Shown: one piece after another, positions 1 to 10,600 of the stretch | Layout of the letters: each line of letters begins with the position of its first letter | Numbering within the stretch: the stretch's first letter is position 1 | Assembly (NCBI GenBank): GCA_963705305.1 | Contig: OY970067.1 | Coordinates: 2,016,001-2,080,000, forward strand | Length of the DNA stretch: 64,000 nt | Direction of reading: 5' to 3' | DNA from: an uncultured Methylomirabilota bacterium | GTDB taxonomy: Bacteria; Methylomirabilota; Methylomirabilia; Methylomirabilales; 2-02-FULL-66-22 | The notes under the pieces: generated by a model | What the model was told of the DNA's origin: nothing | Databases searched by the model: none | The model's input: only the letters and a program-made list of their open reading frames with translations | Translations under genes and position numbers: made by a program

Positions 1-109
1 TTGCGATACACACGCGAGTGTCCGCCGCGTGGCAACGACGAGGGAATCCTGCCGTGGACCTGTCGCTGCCCCGGCCGTTACGTCCCTACCGTAGAAAACG
101 GGAAGACGC

Positions 110-2848
110 ATGAACGAGCAATCGCGGGAACCCGGCGAGCGCGGGCAGGCGGCCTCGGCCATACGCCTGAGCCGCCGGAACTACCGGGAGCTGGCGGAAT
201 CTTTGCCGCACGTGGTGTTCGAGGTCGACGACGAGGGTCGTCTGCTCTTCACCAACCGGCACGCCTTCGAGGTCTTCGGATACTCGCAGGAGGATTACGA
301 GCGGGGGCTGAACGTCCTGGAGATCATCGCCCCCGAGGACCGGGCGCGGGCGCTGGAGAACATGCGGCGGGTGCTCGCGGGCGAGGATCCCGGCGGAGTG
401 GAGTACACCGTCCTGCGAAAGGACGGGAGCGCCTTCCCCGCCCTGATCCATGCCTCGCCCATCCTCTACGAGGGGCGCGCGGTGGGGCTGCGAGGGATCC
501 TGCAGGACATCACCGACCGCAAGCGGTTCGAGGCGGCCCTGCGCGAGAGCGAGGAGAGGTACCGGCAGCTCTTCGAGATGGAGTCGGACGCCATCTTCCT
601 GATCGACAACGCAACCGGCCGGATCCTGGAGGTCAACGCGGCGGCGGCGGCGCTCTACGGATACGAGCGGGGCGAGCTGCTGCGCATGCACCATACCGAT
701 CTGTCGGCAGACCCGGGGGCGACCCGGCGGGCAACCCTGGAGCATCAGTCGCGGGTTCCCCTCCGCTACGGCCGCAAGCGGGACGGCACTGTGTTTTGTG
801 TCGAGATCGCGGCCCGCCATTTCGTCTGGCAGGGGCGGAACGTGCACGTGGCGGCCATCCGCGACATCTCGGAAAGGCTGGGGGCCCAGGAGGAGCTCGA
901 GCGGCAGCGCTCGCTGCTGCAACGGGTCCTGGATAATTCCCCCAGCGCCATCTACGTGAAGGATCGCGAGGGGCGCATCCTCCTGGCCAACCGGATGTTG
1001 TCGGAGCGCTTCGGACAGCCTCCGCAGGGGCTGGTGGGGAAGAACAGCTTCGACCTGGTGCCGGACGCCAAAACGGCCCGCGCCATCCATGACGAGAACC
1101 TGGCCATCCTGCGCGGCGAGCTGGAGCGGGTCGAGCGCGAGGAGCAATCCACGGACGCCTCCGGGCAGCAGCGCTGGTCCTATACCGTCAAGGTCCCCGT
1201 CCGGGACGAGGCGGGCCGCATCGAGTTCCTGATGGCACTCATCACGGACATCACGACCCTCAAACAGGCCGAGCAGGAGGCGCGGAGATCGCAGGAGCTG
1301 CTGCAGAAGACCTTCGCCAGCCTCCGGGAGGCGGTCTTCATCATCGACGCCCAGACGATGCGCATCCTCGACTGCAATCCTGCCGCCACGACCATCTTCG
1401 GCTACTCGCGGGAAGAGCTCGTGGGGCAGGTCGTGGATGTCCTGCACGTGGACCGCGAGGCGCGGGAGGAATTTCGCCTCCATCTGTACCGGGCGGTGGA
1501 GGAACGCGGCTTCCTCGGCTTGTTGGAATTCCGGATGAAGCGGAAGGACGGGACCGTGTTCCCCAGCGAACACAGCGTGGTGCCCCTGATGCACGAGTCC
1601 GGGAAGCGAATCGGCTGGGTGAGCGTCGTCCGGGACATCGGCGAGCGCAAGCATGCGGAGGAGGAGCGGCGCCGCTCGGAGGCGAGACTCCAGGAAGCGC
1701 AGCGGCTGGAGAGCCTGGGGGTCCTGGCGGGGGGGATCGCTCACGACTTCAACAATCTGCTTACGGGAATCCTGGGTCACGCGGACATGGCGCGCCTGAG
1801 GCTGCTGCCCGGTTCACCGGCACGGGAGAGCCTGGAGCAGGTGGTGCTGGCGGCTCGACGGGCGGCAGGGCTGACCCAGCAACTCCTGGCGTACGCGGGT
1901 CGCGGGCGCGTGGTCTTCCGACCGCTTCACCTGGAGGACCTGATCGCGGAGACGATGGAGCTGCTGGCGGCCTCCATTCCCCAGAGCTGCACACTCCAGT
2001 TTCAGCCCGGCGAGGAGGTTCCCCCCATCGAGGGGGACGAGACGCAGCTGCGCCAGGTCGTGATGAACTTGATCCTCAATGCGGCCGAGGCCATCGGGAA
2101 TCGGGCCGGGGCGATCAGCATTCGCACCAGCGTCCGAGAGTGCACCGCCGCCGATCTGGCAGACGGCCAGACCGGGGAGAGCCTTCCGTCCGGGCGCTAC
2201 GTCATGCTGGAGATGGCGGATACGGGATGCGGGATGACGGAAGAGGTCAAGTCTCGCATCTTCGAGCCGTTCTTCACGACCAAGGTCACCGGGCGCGGCC
2301 TTGGCCTAGCGGCGGTTCTCGGAATCGCGCGGCGCCACAGCGGGACCATCAGGGTGGCCAGCCTGCCGGGACGCGGCACGACGATGACCGTGCTCTTTCC
2401 GGTCTCCGGCCGTCCGGTCGAGCCGGAGAGCGCGCCGCGCACGGCGGAGCCGACCTGGCAGGGGCGGGGGACGATCCTGGTCGTGGATGACGAGGTCACC
2501 CTCGTCGCCGTGGCCGAAGCCATGCTGCAGGAGATGGGCTTCGGTGCGCTCTCCGCGTCGGATGGCCGGGAGGCCATCGAGCTGTTCCGCGAACACGCCC
2601 AGGACATCAGTGCGGTCCTGCTGGACCTGGCTATGCCCAGGATCGACGGCGCAGAGGTGTGCCGCGAGCTCCGCCGCATCCGGCCCCAAGTCCCCGTTAT
2701 CCTCTGCAGCGGAATCGGCGCGGACGAGGCGGCCGTTCGCATCCAGGAGACCGGGCTGGACGGGTTCCTCCAGAAGCCGTTCACGCTCGAGGAGCTGGCG
2801 GCCGTCATCCGAGGGGCGCTGGAAAAGGCAAGACCGGATCGGGCCTGA
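110..2848 (+). CDS. Multi-PAS hybrid sensor histidine kinase/response regulator
   Basis: Four PAS/PAC-like repeats, H-box LAGGIAHDFNNLL, FEPFFTTK and GRGLGL ATP lid, C-terminal receiver (ILVVDDE, LLDLAMP, KPF). Confidence 0.95.
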   Translation: MNEQSREPGERGQAASAIRLSRRNYRELAESLPHVVFEVDDEGRLLFTNRHAFEVFGYSQEDYERGLNVLEIIAPEDRARALENMRRVLAGEDPGGVEYTVLRKDGSAFPALIHASPILYEGRAVGLRGILQDITDRKRFEAALRESEERYRQLFEMESDAIFLIDNATGRILEVNAAAAALYGYERGELLRMHHTDLSADPGATRRATLEHQSRVPLRYGRKRDGTVFCVEIAARHFVWQGRNVHVAAIRDISERLGAQEELERQRSLLQRVLDNSPSAIYVKDREGRILLANRMLSERFGQPPQGLVGKNSFDLVPDAKTARAIHDENLAILRGELERVEREEQSTDASGQQRWSYTVKVPVRDEAGRIEFLMALITDITTLKQAEQEARRSQELLQKTFASLREAVFIIDAQTMRILDCNPAATTIFGYSREELVGQVVDVLHVDREAREEFRLHLYRAVEERGFLGLLEFRMKRKDGTVFPSEHSVVPLMHESGKRIGWVSVVRDIGERKHAEEERRRSEARLQEAQRLESLGVLAGGIAHDFNNLLTGILGHADMARLRLLPGSPARESLEQVVLAARRAAGLTQQLLAYAGRGRVVFRPLHLEDLIAETMELLAASIPQSCTLQFQPGEEVPPIEGDETQLRQVVMNLILNAAEAIGNRAGAISIRTSVRECTAADLADGQTGESLPSGRYVMLEMADTGCGMTEEVKSRIFEPFFTTKVTGRGLGLAAVLGIARRHSGTIRVASLPGRGTTMTVLFPVSGRPVEPESAPRTAEPTWQGRGTILVVDDEVTLVAVAEAMLQEMGFGALSASDGREAIELFREHAQDISAVLLDLAMPRIDGAEVCRELRRIRPQVPVILCSGIGADEAAVRIQETGLDGFLQKPFTLEELAAVIRGALEKARPDRA

Positions 2849-2974
2849 CGGGCCGGTTCCGGCCCCTGGGGGCGTCACGACGACCGGCGCAATCGAGCAG
2901 CATGGCAGCGTCCCCGAGCGTCCGCCGTGAAAAGTCTCCCACCCAAAGAGATCAGGGAGGAAAGGAGCCGGACA

Positions 2975-3871
2975 GTGCGGGCGAGCGTTGCCACATTGAT
3001 TGTTCTCGTTCCACTGCTCTGTCCTGCCACGGCGCTCGCCCAAACGCCCACGCCGTCCCGCAGCCCTGTCGCCGAAGAGCCCCAGATCGCCCGAACGGAG
3101 ACCGCCTTGCAGGCCGACCTGGTCGGCGAGGCGAACCCCGAAGGCGTCATGCTCGTCGTCGGCGGGTTCCGCCGATGGATCCAGGAGTTCGACAGGACCT
3201 ACGGGATCCCCGCCTCCTACCTCCAGGCCGGCGGCATGCTGGGGGTGAATCCGGCCTATGCGCAGGCGTCCGTCTACGGCGAGTGGATGCCGGCCCTCTT
3301 CGCCCAGCTCCGGCTCCAATACGATCTCTACACGTACTTCGGCGCGAACGGCGGGCTGCTGTCGTTCCCCTCCGCGGATGCGCGATTCGGCGACAAGGAG
3401 GTCGATGCGCGGAAGGACCAGGAGGAGTCCGGGGCGGGGCATCGGATTCTTTTTCAACCCACCCTTCGGGCCAAAGTGGGTCCCTTCATCCTGCGGAACC
3501 AGACCGATGCCGCCTACTATCTCTTTCCCGGCAGCGGGCCGTACTTCCACGAGCTGGAGTATGACACGCTGCTCAAGAACGGGGATTTCCTGGTGGCCAA
3601 CAGGACCCAGGCGCTGTTCGAGGCCTGGAAGGGGAAGCAGGACGAGGTCCTGCTGGCGGGACCCTACTACGAGGTGACGCACGCCGGGGACGCGGACCTG
3701 ACCCGGCAGCGGGCCGGGGGCGTCTTGTACTGGGTCCCCAAAGAGAATGTCTGGCTGCTGGACCGGCCGCGAATCTACGCGCAGTTCGGCGTGAATCTCC
3801 AGGACCGGAATAGAGACCACGAGCTGTTTGCCGTCTTCGGCGTCGGATTCGACTACGACCTCCTGAAGTAG
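2975..3871 (+). CDS. Exported protein, possibly outer-membrane beta-barrel
   Basis: GTG after AGGAG; signal peptide ending ALA-Q; alternating aromatic strands, C-terminal FGVGFDYDL. Confidence 0.7.
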   Translation: MRASVATLIVLVPLLCPATALAQTPTPSRSPVAEEPQIARTETALQADLVGEANPEGVMLVVGGFRRWIQEFDRTYGIPASYLQAGGMLGVNPAYAQASVYGEWMPALFAQLRLQYDLYTYFGANGGLLSFPSADARFGDKEVDARKDQEESGAGHRILFQPTLRAKVGPFILRNQTDAAYYLFPGSGPYFHELEYDTLLKNGDFLVANRTQALFEAWKGKQDEVLLAGPYYEVTHAGDADLTRQRAGGVLYWVPKENVWLLDRPRIYAQFGVNLQDRNRDHELFAVFGVGFDYDLLK

Positions 3872-3949
3872 GCCTCCTCCCCCTCGGTCTTTTTCGCCCC
3901 CGCACCCCTGCGCCCGAGCGCAGCGATGCACCCCTGCGGTTCCTGCGGG

Positions 3950-4654
3950 TCAGATCTGCGAGTAGGCCGTCGGCTTCAGAAGCGTGATGCCGGCATTGGC
4001 GACGATCTCGGGGTCGGTGAATCCGGGCGTGGACCACAGCTGCTTCCATTCCGGGTCCTCCCGGAACCCCCCCCAGGCCCACTCGCGGGCCGTCAGGTCG
4101 TCGAAGACGAGCATGTAGGCGAGACTCGGCATCCGCGATCCCACCAGGGTCTCCCCGAAGAAGACCGGGCGCAGACCCGTCCGCCGAAAGATGGCGATCT
4201 CGCCCGAGTTGAACATCTGGATCTTCTTGCGCAGGGCCGCCTCGCTGTGGCTCTCGTACACGCGGAGCTCGAAGATCCGGGATTGCTGGGTGGCCGCTCC
4301 GACGGGCACCTCCAGCTCCAGCATGCCGTCGAACGCCACCAGCAGGGAGCTATCGATGCGGGTGAAGGACGGATCGGTGGCGGGGACGCCGTGGAAGAAG
4401 GCCGCAGCCCGCTGAAACTCCAGGTCCGCGGCCAGCCAGGCCCGCACGGCCGCCACCCCCTCCAGCGAGGTGTGGCGCAGCAGCACGTAGACGGCGGGAT
4501 TCCGATCTCCCAGATAACCCGTGAACGCCCCGACAGGATGGACCCCGTAGAGATTCAGCGCGGGGATGAATAGATCCCGCAGGAAATCGTCCAGGCGCTT
4601 GCCCTGGGGGCCGTTGCGCAGCTGGTAGCGCCTGAGCTCATAGTAGTCGGGCAT
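3950..4654 (-). CDS. NIPSNAP family protein (tandem domains)
   Basis: YYELRRY and IFELRVYESHS...KIQMFN.GEI repeats; GGAGGA RBS. Confidence 0.9.
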   Translation of the reverse strand: MPDYYELRRYQLRNGPQGKRLDDFLRDLFIPALNLYGVHPVGAFTGYLGDRNPAVYVLLRHTSLEGVAAVRAWLAADLEFQRAAAFFHGVPATDPSFTRIDSSLLVAFDGMLELEVPVGAATQQSRIFELRVYESHSEAALRKKIQMFNSGEIAIFRRTGLRPVFFGETLVGSRMPSLAYMLVFDDLTAREWAWGGFREDPEWKQLWSTPGFTDPEIVANAGITLLKPTAYSQI

Positions 4655-4720
4655 GGGTCCATCCTCCGGTCGGCGGGGTGTCCGGGAAGGAGATGCCGGC
4701 GGCGTGGGCAATGCCGGCGC

Positions 4721-6196
4721 TCACCGGTGCGCCTGCCTGCTGCGGATGGCCTTGACCGTCTCGGCCTCGGGGCGGGCCCTGTAGAAGGGGTCGAGCGGGT
4801 AGCAGCCGGAGACCATCCGGTTGCGCGGCCCGGTGGTGCAGTCGCTGAAGGTGCGGCACAGACGCTTCCGGTCCAAGGGCTGCCCTGTCAGCACCCGGTG
4901 CGGGAACTCCGGATAGGCCAGGAGCATCCGGCCCACGCCGACGAAGTCCACGCGGCCGAGGCGGACCTGGGCCTGGGCGACGTAGGGCAGAAACTCCTGG
5001 AGGTAGGTGTAGCCGGTCCCCACCAGCGTCAGCTCCGGGACGGCGCGCTTGCAGCGGCCGGTCGCCTCCAGGAGCCGGGCGCATCCCACCAGCGGGTCTT
5101 CGGGAGGCGGGTAGCCGTCCGAGGCAGGGAAGGCCGCGGGCCGCATGAGGTGGGGATTGTAGTAGGGGCTGGCGCATGTAGTGTTGACGAGACGGATCCC
5201 CAGCTCCCGGCAGAGGTGCAGGAAGGCCAGAGGCTCGGTCAGGTCCATCTCGAGCGGGTTTTCCGGATTCACGCCGAATCCGTAGCGCCAGGGAAGGAAT
5301 GGACGGAAATCGACGGGCACACCCCGCCCTCCCCCCTCCGGCCCCGGGTGCCGAAACGGAACAAGGTCGAAGATGGAGATCCGGACGCCCAGATGCAGTC
5401 CCGGAACCTCCTGCCGGATGGCCCGGACGATCTCCCGGAACAGCCTCGTGCGGTTCTCGAAGGGCCCCCCATAGGCTCCGGGACGTGTGTGGGCGGCCAG
5501 CAGCTCGTGCAGGAGATACCCGTGGCAGCACTTGACGTCCACGAAGTCGTAGCCGCATGTTGCGGCGAAGCGAGTGGCGGCGACGTAGTCCTGGACTAGG
5601 TCCGACAGCTCCATGTCGCTGAAGATCGGTCCGTCGTCCGTGATCCCGAGCCGCGCGTCCAGGACCGGGTGGCGGAAGGCGATGCGCGGTCGGGGCCGGT
5701 GATCCGGCTCGGGGCGCGAGAATCGCCCCGAGTGGGTCAGCTGAAGGCCGGCGAAAAGATCGTCGGTGGTCCCGTACCGCTCGCGATGCGCGTTCTTGAG
5801 CGTGGTGAGCAGGGCTGCCAGCGCGGCTTCGTTGGCCCGGCTGTAGGTAAGCTGGTTCGGGTTGGCGCGGCCGTCGCGGCGGACGGCAACCGCCTCGCCA
5901 CCCCAGATCAGCTTGGCCCCGGACAGACCGAAATGCGTCCACCGTCGCAGGACGAGGTCGGTGGGCGTCCCGTCCAACCCGCCGTCCCATCCCTCCATGG
6001 GGTGGGTGGCGAAACGGTTCCCCACCGTCCGGCCATAGACGCTGATCGGCTGGTCCAGCGGGCTCTGCTCGGGGGGCAGCAACTCGTCATCGCAGGCCAT
6101 GTGGATGGGCAGCGCGGCCAGGTGGGCCTTGAACTCCGCGACGGTCTTGATCCCCGCAACCCGCGGGATCCGGAGAGATTTGCGCTCGTCAATCAT
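4721..6196 (-). CDS. NADH:flavin oxidoreductase (old yellow enzyme family)
   Basis: NRFATHPMEGWD, QLTHSGR, DVKCCHGYLLHELL, YGGPFENRTR, GVGR motifs. Confidence 0.92.
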   Translation of the reverse strand: MIDERKSLRIPRVAGIKTVAEFKAHLAALPIHMACDDELLPPEQSPLDQPISVYGRTVGNRFATHPMEGWDGGLDGTPTDLVLRRWTHFGLSGAKLIWGGEAVAVRRDGRANPNQLTYSRANEAALAALLTTLKNAHRERYGTTDDLFAGLQLTHSGRFSRPEPDHRPRPRIAFRHPVLDARLGITDDGPIFSDMELSDLVQDYVAATRFAATCGYDFVDVKCCHGYLLHELLAAHTRPGAYGGPFENRTRLFREIVRAIRQEVPGLHLGVRISIFDLVPFRHPGPEGGGRGVPVDFRPFLPWRYGFGVNPENPLEMDLTEPLAFLHLCRELGIRLVNTTCASPYYNPHLMRPAAFPASDGYPPPEDPLVGCARLLEATGRCKRAVPELTLVGTGYTYLQEFLPYVAQAQVRLGRVDFVGVGRMLLAYPEFPHRVLTGQPLDRKRLCRTFSDCTTGPRNRMVSGCYPLDPFYRARPEAETVKAIRSRQAHR

Positions 6197-6338
6197 CCCT
6201 TCCCTCGCGATCCGGCAGCCCGAACACGTCACCTCGACTGTTTCCCGGGCGTATTCCTACAGCCTTTATGACTCCGGAGGCAAGTGTTTTTCCGGGCGGG
6301 TCGCCGGTGGCGAGCCTGGCGAGACAATGAATCTCGAA

Positions 6339-7418
6339 TCAGGGCTGGCCCATCCACAGGTCGTCGAGCGGCAGGCTCAGCTCCTGGCTCATCTTCCGCA
6401 GATCATCCACAACATGCTGGCGCAGGGGGATGCCTGTCGCGCACCGTTCCAGATAGGTGAGATTGGCGCGCTCGCCAGGATACCGGACGCGAGGCGCACC
6501 CGCTGCGGTCGGGGCGGCGTGGAGTTTTTCCACCAATTCATCCATGAGGTTCTTGAACTCGCGGGCGGTCGGAAAGGCGTCGATGCGCAACGCGCAGAAG
6601 GCATGGCTGTGCTCGCCTTTTCGGCGGAACATGCTCCCGCCATCACCGGACAGCAGCCCGGTGAGAATATCTGACAGGAGCAAGAGTCCGAATCCCTTGT
6701 GCACGCCGTTCGCGGCAGTGCTTCCCAGGGGAAGAATGGCCCCCTCCTCGGCGAAGTACACATTGGGATCCGTGATCGGGCGTCCGTGCCCATCGACGGC
6801 CCAGCCTTCCGGCATGGGCTTTCCCTCCCACTGGAGCATGTGCAGCTTGTTTGCGATGGCCATGGTCGGCGCCATGTCCAGAACGAAGGGGCCGTGCGTC
6901 CTCCCCGGGGCGGCAAAGGCGATCACATTGTTGCCGAGGAGCCGTCCCCTCCCCCCGGGAGGCGCCACCGTCGAGCCGCCCGTGGAGGCGTGGATGCCGA
7001 TCATGTCCCGTTCCGCCGCCATGCGCACGTAGTATGCCCCCGCCCCGGAATGGGTGCTGTTGTACGCGGTGGCCCATCCGGTGCCGTATTCCCGCGCCAT
7101 CCGGATGCATTCCTCCATGGCTCTGTGGCTGACCACGAATCCCAGGCCACGATCGCCATCAACCGCGACGGTGGTGGGGCTGCCCGACGTGATGCGTATT
7201 TCCGGAGCACGGTTGATGGCCCCGCCCTGAATGCCCTTGATATAGTAGCCGTAGAGGTTGATGACCCCGTGTGAATCGATTCCCCGCAGGTCGGCATCCA
7301 CGAGGATCCTGGCCGTCAAGTCGGCATCGTCGAGGGGGACTCCGACTCGCTGAAAGGCCAGCGAGGCGAGTCGTTCCAGCGCCTGAGGATTCGCCTTTTG
7401 CGGTGCGTGATTCTTCAT
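6339..7418 (-). CDS. Ldh_2 family oxidoreductase (malate/L-lactate/ureidoglycolate/sulfolactate dehydrogenase-like)
   Basis: ADLRGIDSHG, DGDRGLG, NSTHSG, HKGFGL, RYPGE motifs. Confidence 0.92.
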   Translation of the reverse strand: MKNHAPQKANPQALERLASLAFQRVGVPLDDADLTARILVDADLRGIDSHGVINLYGYYIKGIQGGAINRAPEIRITSGSPTTVAVDGDRGLGFVVSHRAMEECIRMAREYGTGWATAYNSTHSGAGAYYVRMAAERDMIGIHASTGGSTVAPPGGRGRLLGNNVIAFAAPGRTHGPFVLDMAPTMAIANKLHMLQWEGKPMPEGWAVDGHGRPITDPNVYFAEEGAILPLGSTAANGVHKGFGLLLLSDILTGLLSGDGGSMFRRKGEHSHAFCALRIDAFPTAREFKNLMDELVEKLHAAPTAAGAPRVRYPGERANLTYLERCATGIPLRQHVVDDLRKMSQELSLPLDDLWMGQP

Positions 7419-7576
7419 CGCTTTCCTCCGTTGCCGAGCGGAGCCGAAGGGGGGATCGCCGTGGGATAATTCACCGGTCCTCGTGGAGGCGGGCCTGCCG
7501 GCCCACGGGACAGAAACCGTCCCCGTGGGTGCCGGCTACCCGGATGGCTGGCCGCTGGCCGGCAGCCGCAGCCGGC

Positions 7577-8398
7577 TCAGCGCTTGGGCTGATCCAGACG
7601 GAAGACCATCTGCGTGGGACGCACGAAGCGCAGGGCGATGATCAGGAGGATCAGCACCATGGTCATATACATGAGGGCCATGGCGTCCACGGAGTAAACG
7701 GGGCGGACACCGCCGGCGAAGATGTTGTAGAACAGGGCCACGACCAGCGTCTGGGAGCCGGCCCCCGACACCAGGAAGGTCAATTCGAAGTTCGACACCG
7801 TATTCACGAGAATGAGGATCCCGGCGGTGAGGAGGCCGGGCAAGGCGAGCGGCAGGAGGATTCGGCGGAAGGTCTGTAGGCGATTGGCACCCATCATAGC
7901 CGCGCCCCACTCCAAGTTCAGGCTGATCTGCTCGAAGAAGGGCATGAGGATGAAGATGGCCAGGGGGACCATGGGGACCATCACCGCGAGAATAACGCCG
8001 GTCACGGTGCCCCCGATCCCTTGCCGAAACATGGTGGTCGCGAGCGGGATGCCATAGGTCATCTGGGGGATCAACAGGGGGAGGAAGTAGAGCAGCATCA
8101 GGACGGGCTTGGCCCGGAAGTTCCGCCGAGCCAATATGTAGGCGGCGGGGAAGCCCAGGAGCAGGGAGAGGAATACCACGACCAGGGCAATGTAGATGGT
8201 GATGGCGAGGACGTGGGCGAGGCCGAACTCCTTCCAGGCGTAGGTGAACCACTGGGTGGTGAAGCCGCGGGGGAGGGGCGTGCCGAACCAGCGGTAGGCG
8301 AACGCGCTCACCGTGACATGGCTGACGATCCCCAGCAGGTTGAGGATGAACACCAGGACGAACATGTACAGCGCCAATCCCCACAGTCGCCCGCGCAT
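7577..8398 (-). CDS. ABC transporter permease (PotC-like)
   Basis: Six hydrophobic segments, EAA-like loop LEWGAAMMGANRLQTFRRILLPL. Confidence 0.92.
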   Translation of the reverse strand: MRGRLWGLALYMFVLVFILNLLGIVSHVTVSAFAYRWFGTPLPRGFTTQWFTYAWKEFGLAHVLAITIYIALVVVFLSLLLGFPAAYILARRNFRAKPVLMLLYFLPLLIPQMTYGIPLATTMFRQGIGGTVTGVILAVMVPMVPLAIFILMPFFEQISLNLEWGAAMMGANRLQTFRRILLPLALPGLLTAGILILVNTVSNFELTFLVSGAGSQTLVVALFYNIFAGGVRPVYSVDAMALMYMTMVLILLIIALRFVRPTQMVFRLDQPKR

Positions 8399-8447
8399 AG
8401 GTCCTTCCTCAGAGATGAAAAATTCCGAAATCCATGAAGCCAATGTC

Positions 8448-8535
8448 AGACTGACAACCGACAACGGACAACCGGACAATGTTTGGCGGGATCGCGCTTG
8501 GCCGGTGGTCAGTTGTCGGTTTTACATTTTCAATT
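8448..8535. repeat. Two facing arrays of degenerate 7-bp repeats (AACCGAC-like) in the intergenic spacer
   Basis: + strand GACTGAC AACCGAC AACGGAC AACCGGAC; - strand AATTGAA AATGTAA AACCGAC AACTGAC. Confidence 0.55.
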
Positions 8536-8547
8536 GCCCCCACCGGA

Positions 8548-9432
8548 TCAGCGCTTCCCAACCCCCATGGTCGCCGCCATGACCATGCGCTTGCGCAGGA
8601 GGAGGATGAGGAGCAGGCCGGCCAGCTGGAACAGCCCCATGATGACGGCGATGGCCGAGGCGTAGGACATGTCGAACTGCTCGAAGGCCTGCGAGTAGGC
8701 GGCGATGGCGATGGTCCGGGTGGCGCCCTGCGGCTGCCCGAGCAGGATGGCCGAGGGGAAGGTTGCGAAGCTCATGACGAAGACCAGGGCAAAGGCGATG
8801 GCCAGCCCGGGGGCGATGAGGGGCAGCATGACGCGCCGGAACACCGTCCATGGGTTCGCGCCCAGCGTCCGGGCCGAGTTCTCGATGCTGGGGTCGATCC
8901 CCGAGATGTAGCCCAACAACATGAGGAAGCAGAAGGGGAACTGCTGCATGAACAGCGACAGCATGACGCCGATATAGTTGTGCGTGAGGACCAACGGGTC
9001 GTGAAGGATCCCGGTGTCGAGCAGGAACTGGTTGAACCACCCGTTCCCGCCGTAGAAGCCCAGGATTCCCTGGCTGAGCAGGATGACGCCCAGCGAGATG
9101 GGGAGGACCAGGATCGTGGTGACCGTCCGCTCCAGCCAGATCCCCCGGCGCATGTTGTAGGCGAAGAGCAGGCTCGCCGCCACGACCACGATGGTGTTCG
9201 GGACGGCGATCCGGAAGGTGATGCCTACGGTCTTGTACTCGTACTGGTCGGTGAAGAAGGCAATGTAGTTGGCCAGGCTGAAGCCTGTCAACTTCATCGG
9301 GCGGACGCTCAGGTAGATCCCGTAGAGGAACGGGTACACGAACAGGACCAGGACGTAGAGCAGCGACGGGGCCAAACAGGCTATCGCCAGCAGATCCAGC
9401 TCGCTGGGCTCGCCGGTCCGCAGGCGCCTCAT
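8548..9432 (-). CDS. ABC transporter permease (PotB-like)
   Basis: IDPSIENSARTLGANPWTVFRRVMLPL EAA loop; ATGA overlap with ATPase stop. Confidence 0.92.
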   Translation of the reverse strand: MRRLRTGEPSELDLLAIACLAPSLLYVLVLFVYPFLYGIYLSVRPMKLTGFSLANYIAFFTDQYEYKTVGITFRIAVPNTIVVVAASLLFAYNMRRGIWLERTVTTILVLPISLGVILLSQGILGFYGGNGWFNQFLLDTGILHDPLVLTHNYIGVMLSLFMQQFPFCFLMLLGYISGIDPSIENSARTLGANPWTVFRRVMLPLIAPGLAIAFALVFVMSFATFPSAILLGQPQGATRTIAIAAYSQAFEQFDMSYASAIAVIMGLFQLAGLLLILLLRKRMVMAATMGVGKR

Positions 9433-10517
9433 GCCGTCCCTCCGGACTCTTCCGCCGGCAGGAAGATGACCTTGTCCGGCGGCAGGACCACGGTCACGCG
9501 CTCGCCCGGGACGACCACGCGTGCCCCGGTCCGGACCCACAGGCGCCCGCCGGCCTCCAGCCGCACGATCGCCTCGTCCTCGCGGCCCAGATACTCCACG
9601 ATTTCCACGCTGCCGTGGAAGGTATTCGGGCCCGCGGCGTCGCCACCCAGCACCACGTCGTCCGGCCGGATGGCGGCCACTGCCGGGGCGCCGGGGGCGA
9701 AGGTGTGGCGGGTCTTCCCCCGAATCTTCATGCCGTTGCCAGCGGCCTCCACCTCCCGGTCCGATCCGAGGGCCGCGACCCGAACCTGGAAGAAGTTCCG
9801 GAACCCCATGAAATCCGCCACGAACACGTTCGCGGGCTGATCGTGGATCTCCTGCGGCGTCCCCGCCTGGATCAGCAGGCCGTCCCGCATCACCACCACC
9901 CAGTCGGAGAGGGAGAGGGCCTCCACCTGATCGTGGGTGACGTAGATGGAAGTGAGGCCCAGGCTGGTGTGGAGCCGCTTGATCTCGGCCCGCATCTCGA
10001 TCCGCAGCTTGGCGTCCAGGTTGGATAGCGGCTCGTCCAGCAGCATGAGGCGCGGCTGCAGGACCAGCGCGCGCGCGATGGCGATCCGCTGCTGCTGGCC
10101 GCCGGAGAGCTGGCCGGGATAGCGGTCCTCGAAGCCGGGCAGCTGGATCAGCTCCAGCATCTCCTGCACGCGGCGGCGGATCTCCTCCGCCGGCCGGCGC
10201 TGGAGCTGGAGCCCGAAGGCGATGTTGCCGAAGACGGTCATGTGGGGGAAGAGGGCGTAGTTCTGAAAGACCATGCCGAAGCCGCGCTTCTCGGGCGGCA
10301 GGTGATCGATGCGCTTCTCGTCGATCCAGACTTCGCCGTCAGTGGCAGGGATCAGCCCCGCGATGATGTTCAGCGCCGTGGACTTCCCGCACCCGCTGGG
10401 CCCCAGGAAGGTGACGAACTGCTTGCCGCGGATCTCGAGTGCGACATCCCGCAGCACGGTCTTCGTTCCGAATCGCTTGGTGATCCGGAATCGCAAGGAA
10501 TCAATCGTCTCTTTCAT
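9429..10517 (-). CDS. ABC transporter ATP-binding protein (PotA/MalK-like)
   Basis: [32 protein letters not shown]-terminal TOBE-like region. Confidence 0.95.
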   Translation of the reverse strand: MKETIDSLRFRITKRFGTKTVLRDVALEIRGKQFVTFLGPSGCGKSTALNIIAGLIPATDGEVWIDEKRIDHLPPEKRGFGMVFQNYALFPHMTVFGNIAFGLQLQRRPAEEIRRRVQEMLELIQLPGFEDRYPGQLSGGQQQRIAIARALVLQPRLMLLDEPLSNLDAKLRIEMRAEIKRLHTSLGLTSIYVTHDQVEALSLSDWVVVMRDGLLIQAGTPQEIHDQPANVFVADFMGFRNFFQVRVAALGSDREVEAAGNGMKIRGKTRHTFAPGAPAVAAIRPDDVVLGGDAAGPNTFHGSVEIVEYLGREDEAIVRLEAGGRLWVRTGARVVVPGERVTVVLPPDKVIFLPAEESGGTA

Positions 10518-10600
10518 GGTTCCCCGCCAGTCGACGCGGAAGGGGGAGGGCCTTCGATCAAAGTCCTCCCCCCTCCGCAAGCCTCCGCGATGGCTGTTAG

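Noticed and set aside
86..1780. Long antisense ORFs (also 15613-17187, 24392-26539, 26439-27914, 34440-36068)
   Set aside because: Shadow frames of well-supported genes in high-GC DNA; no motifs
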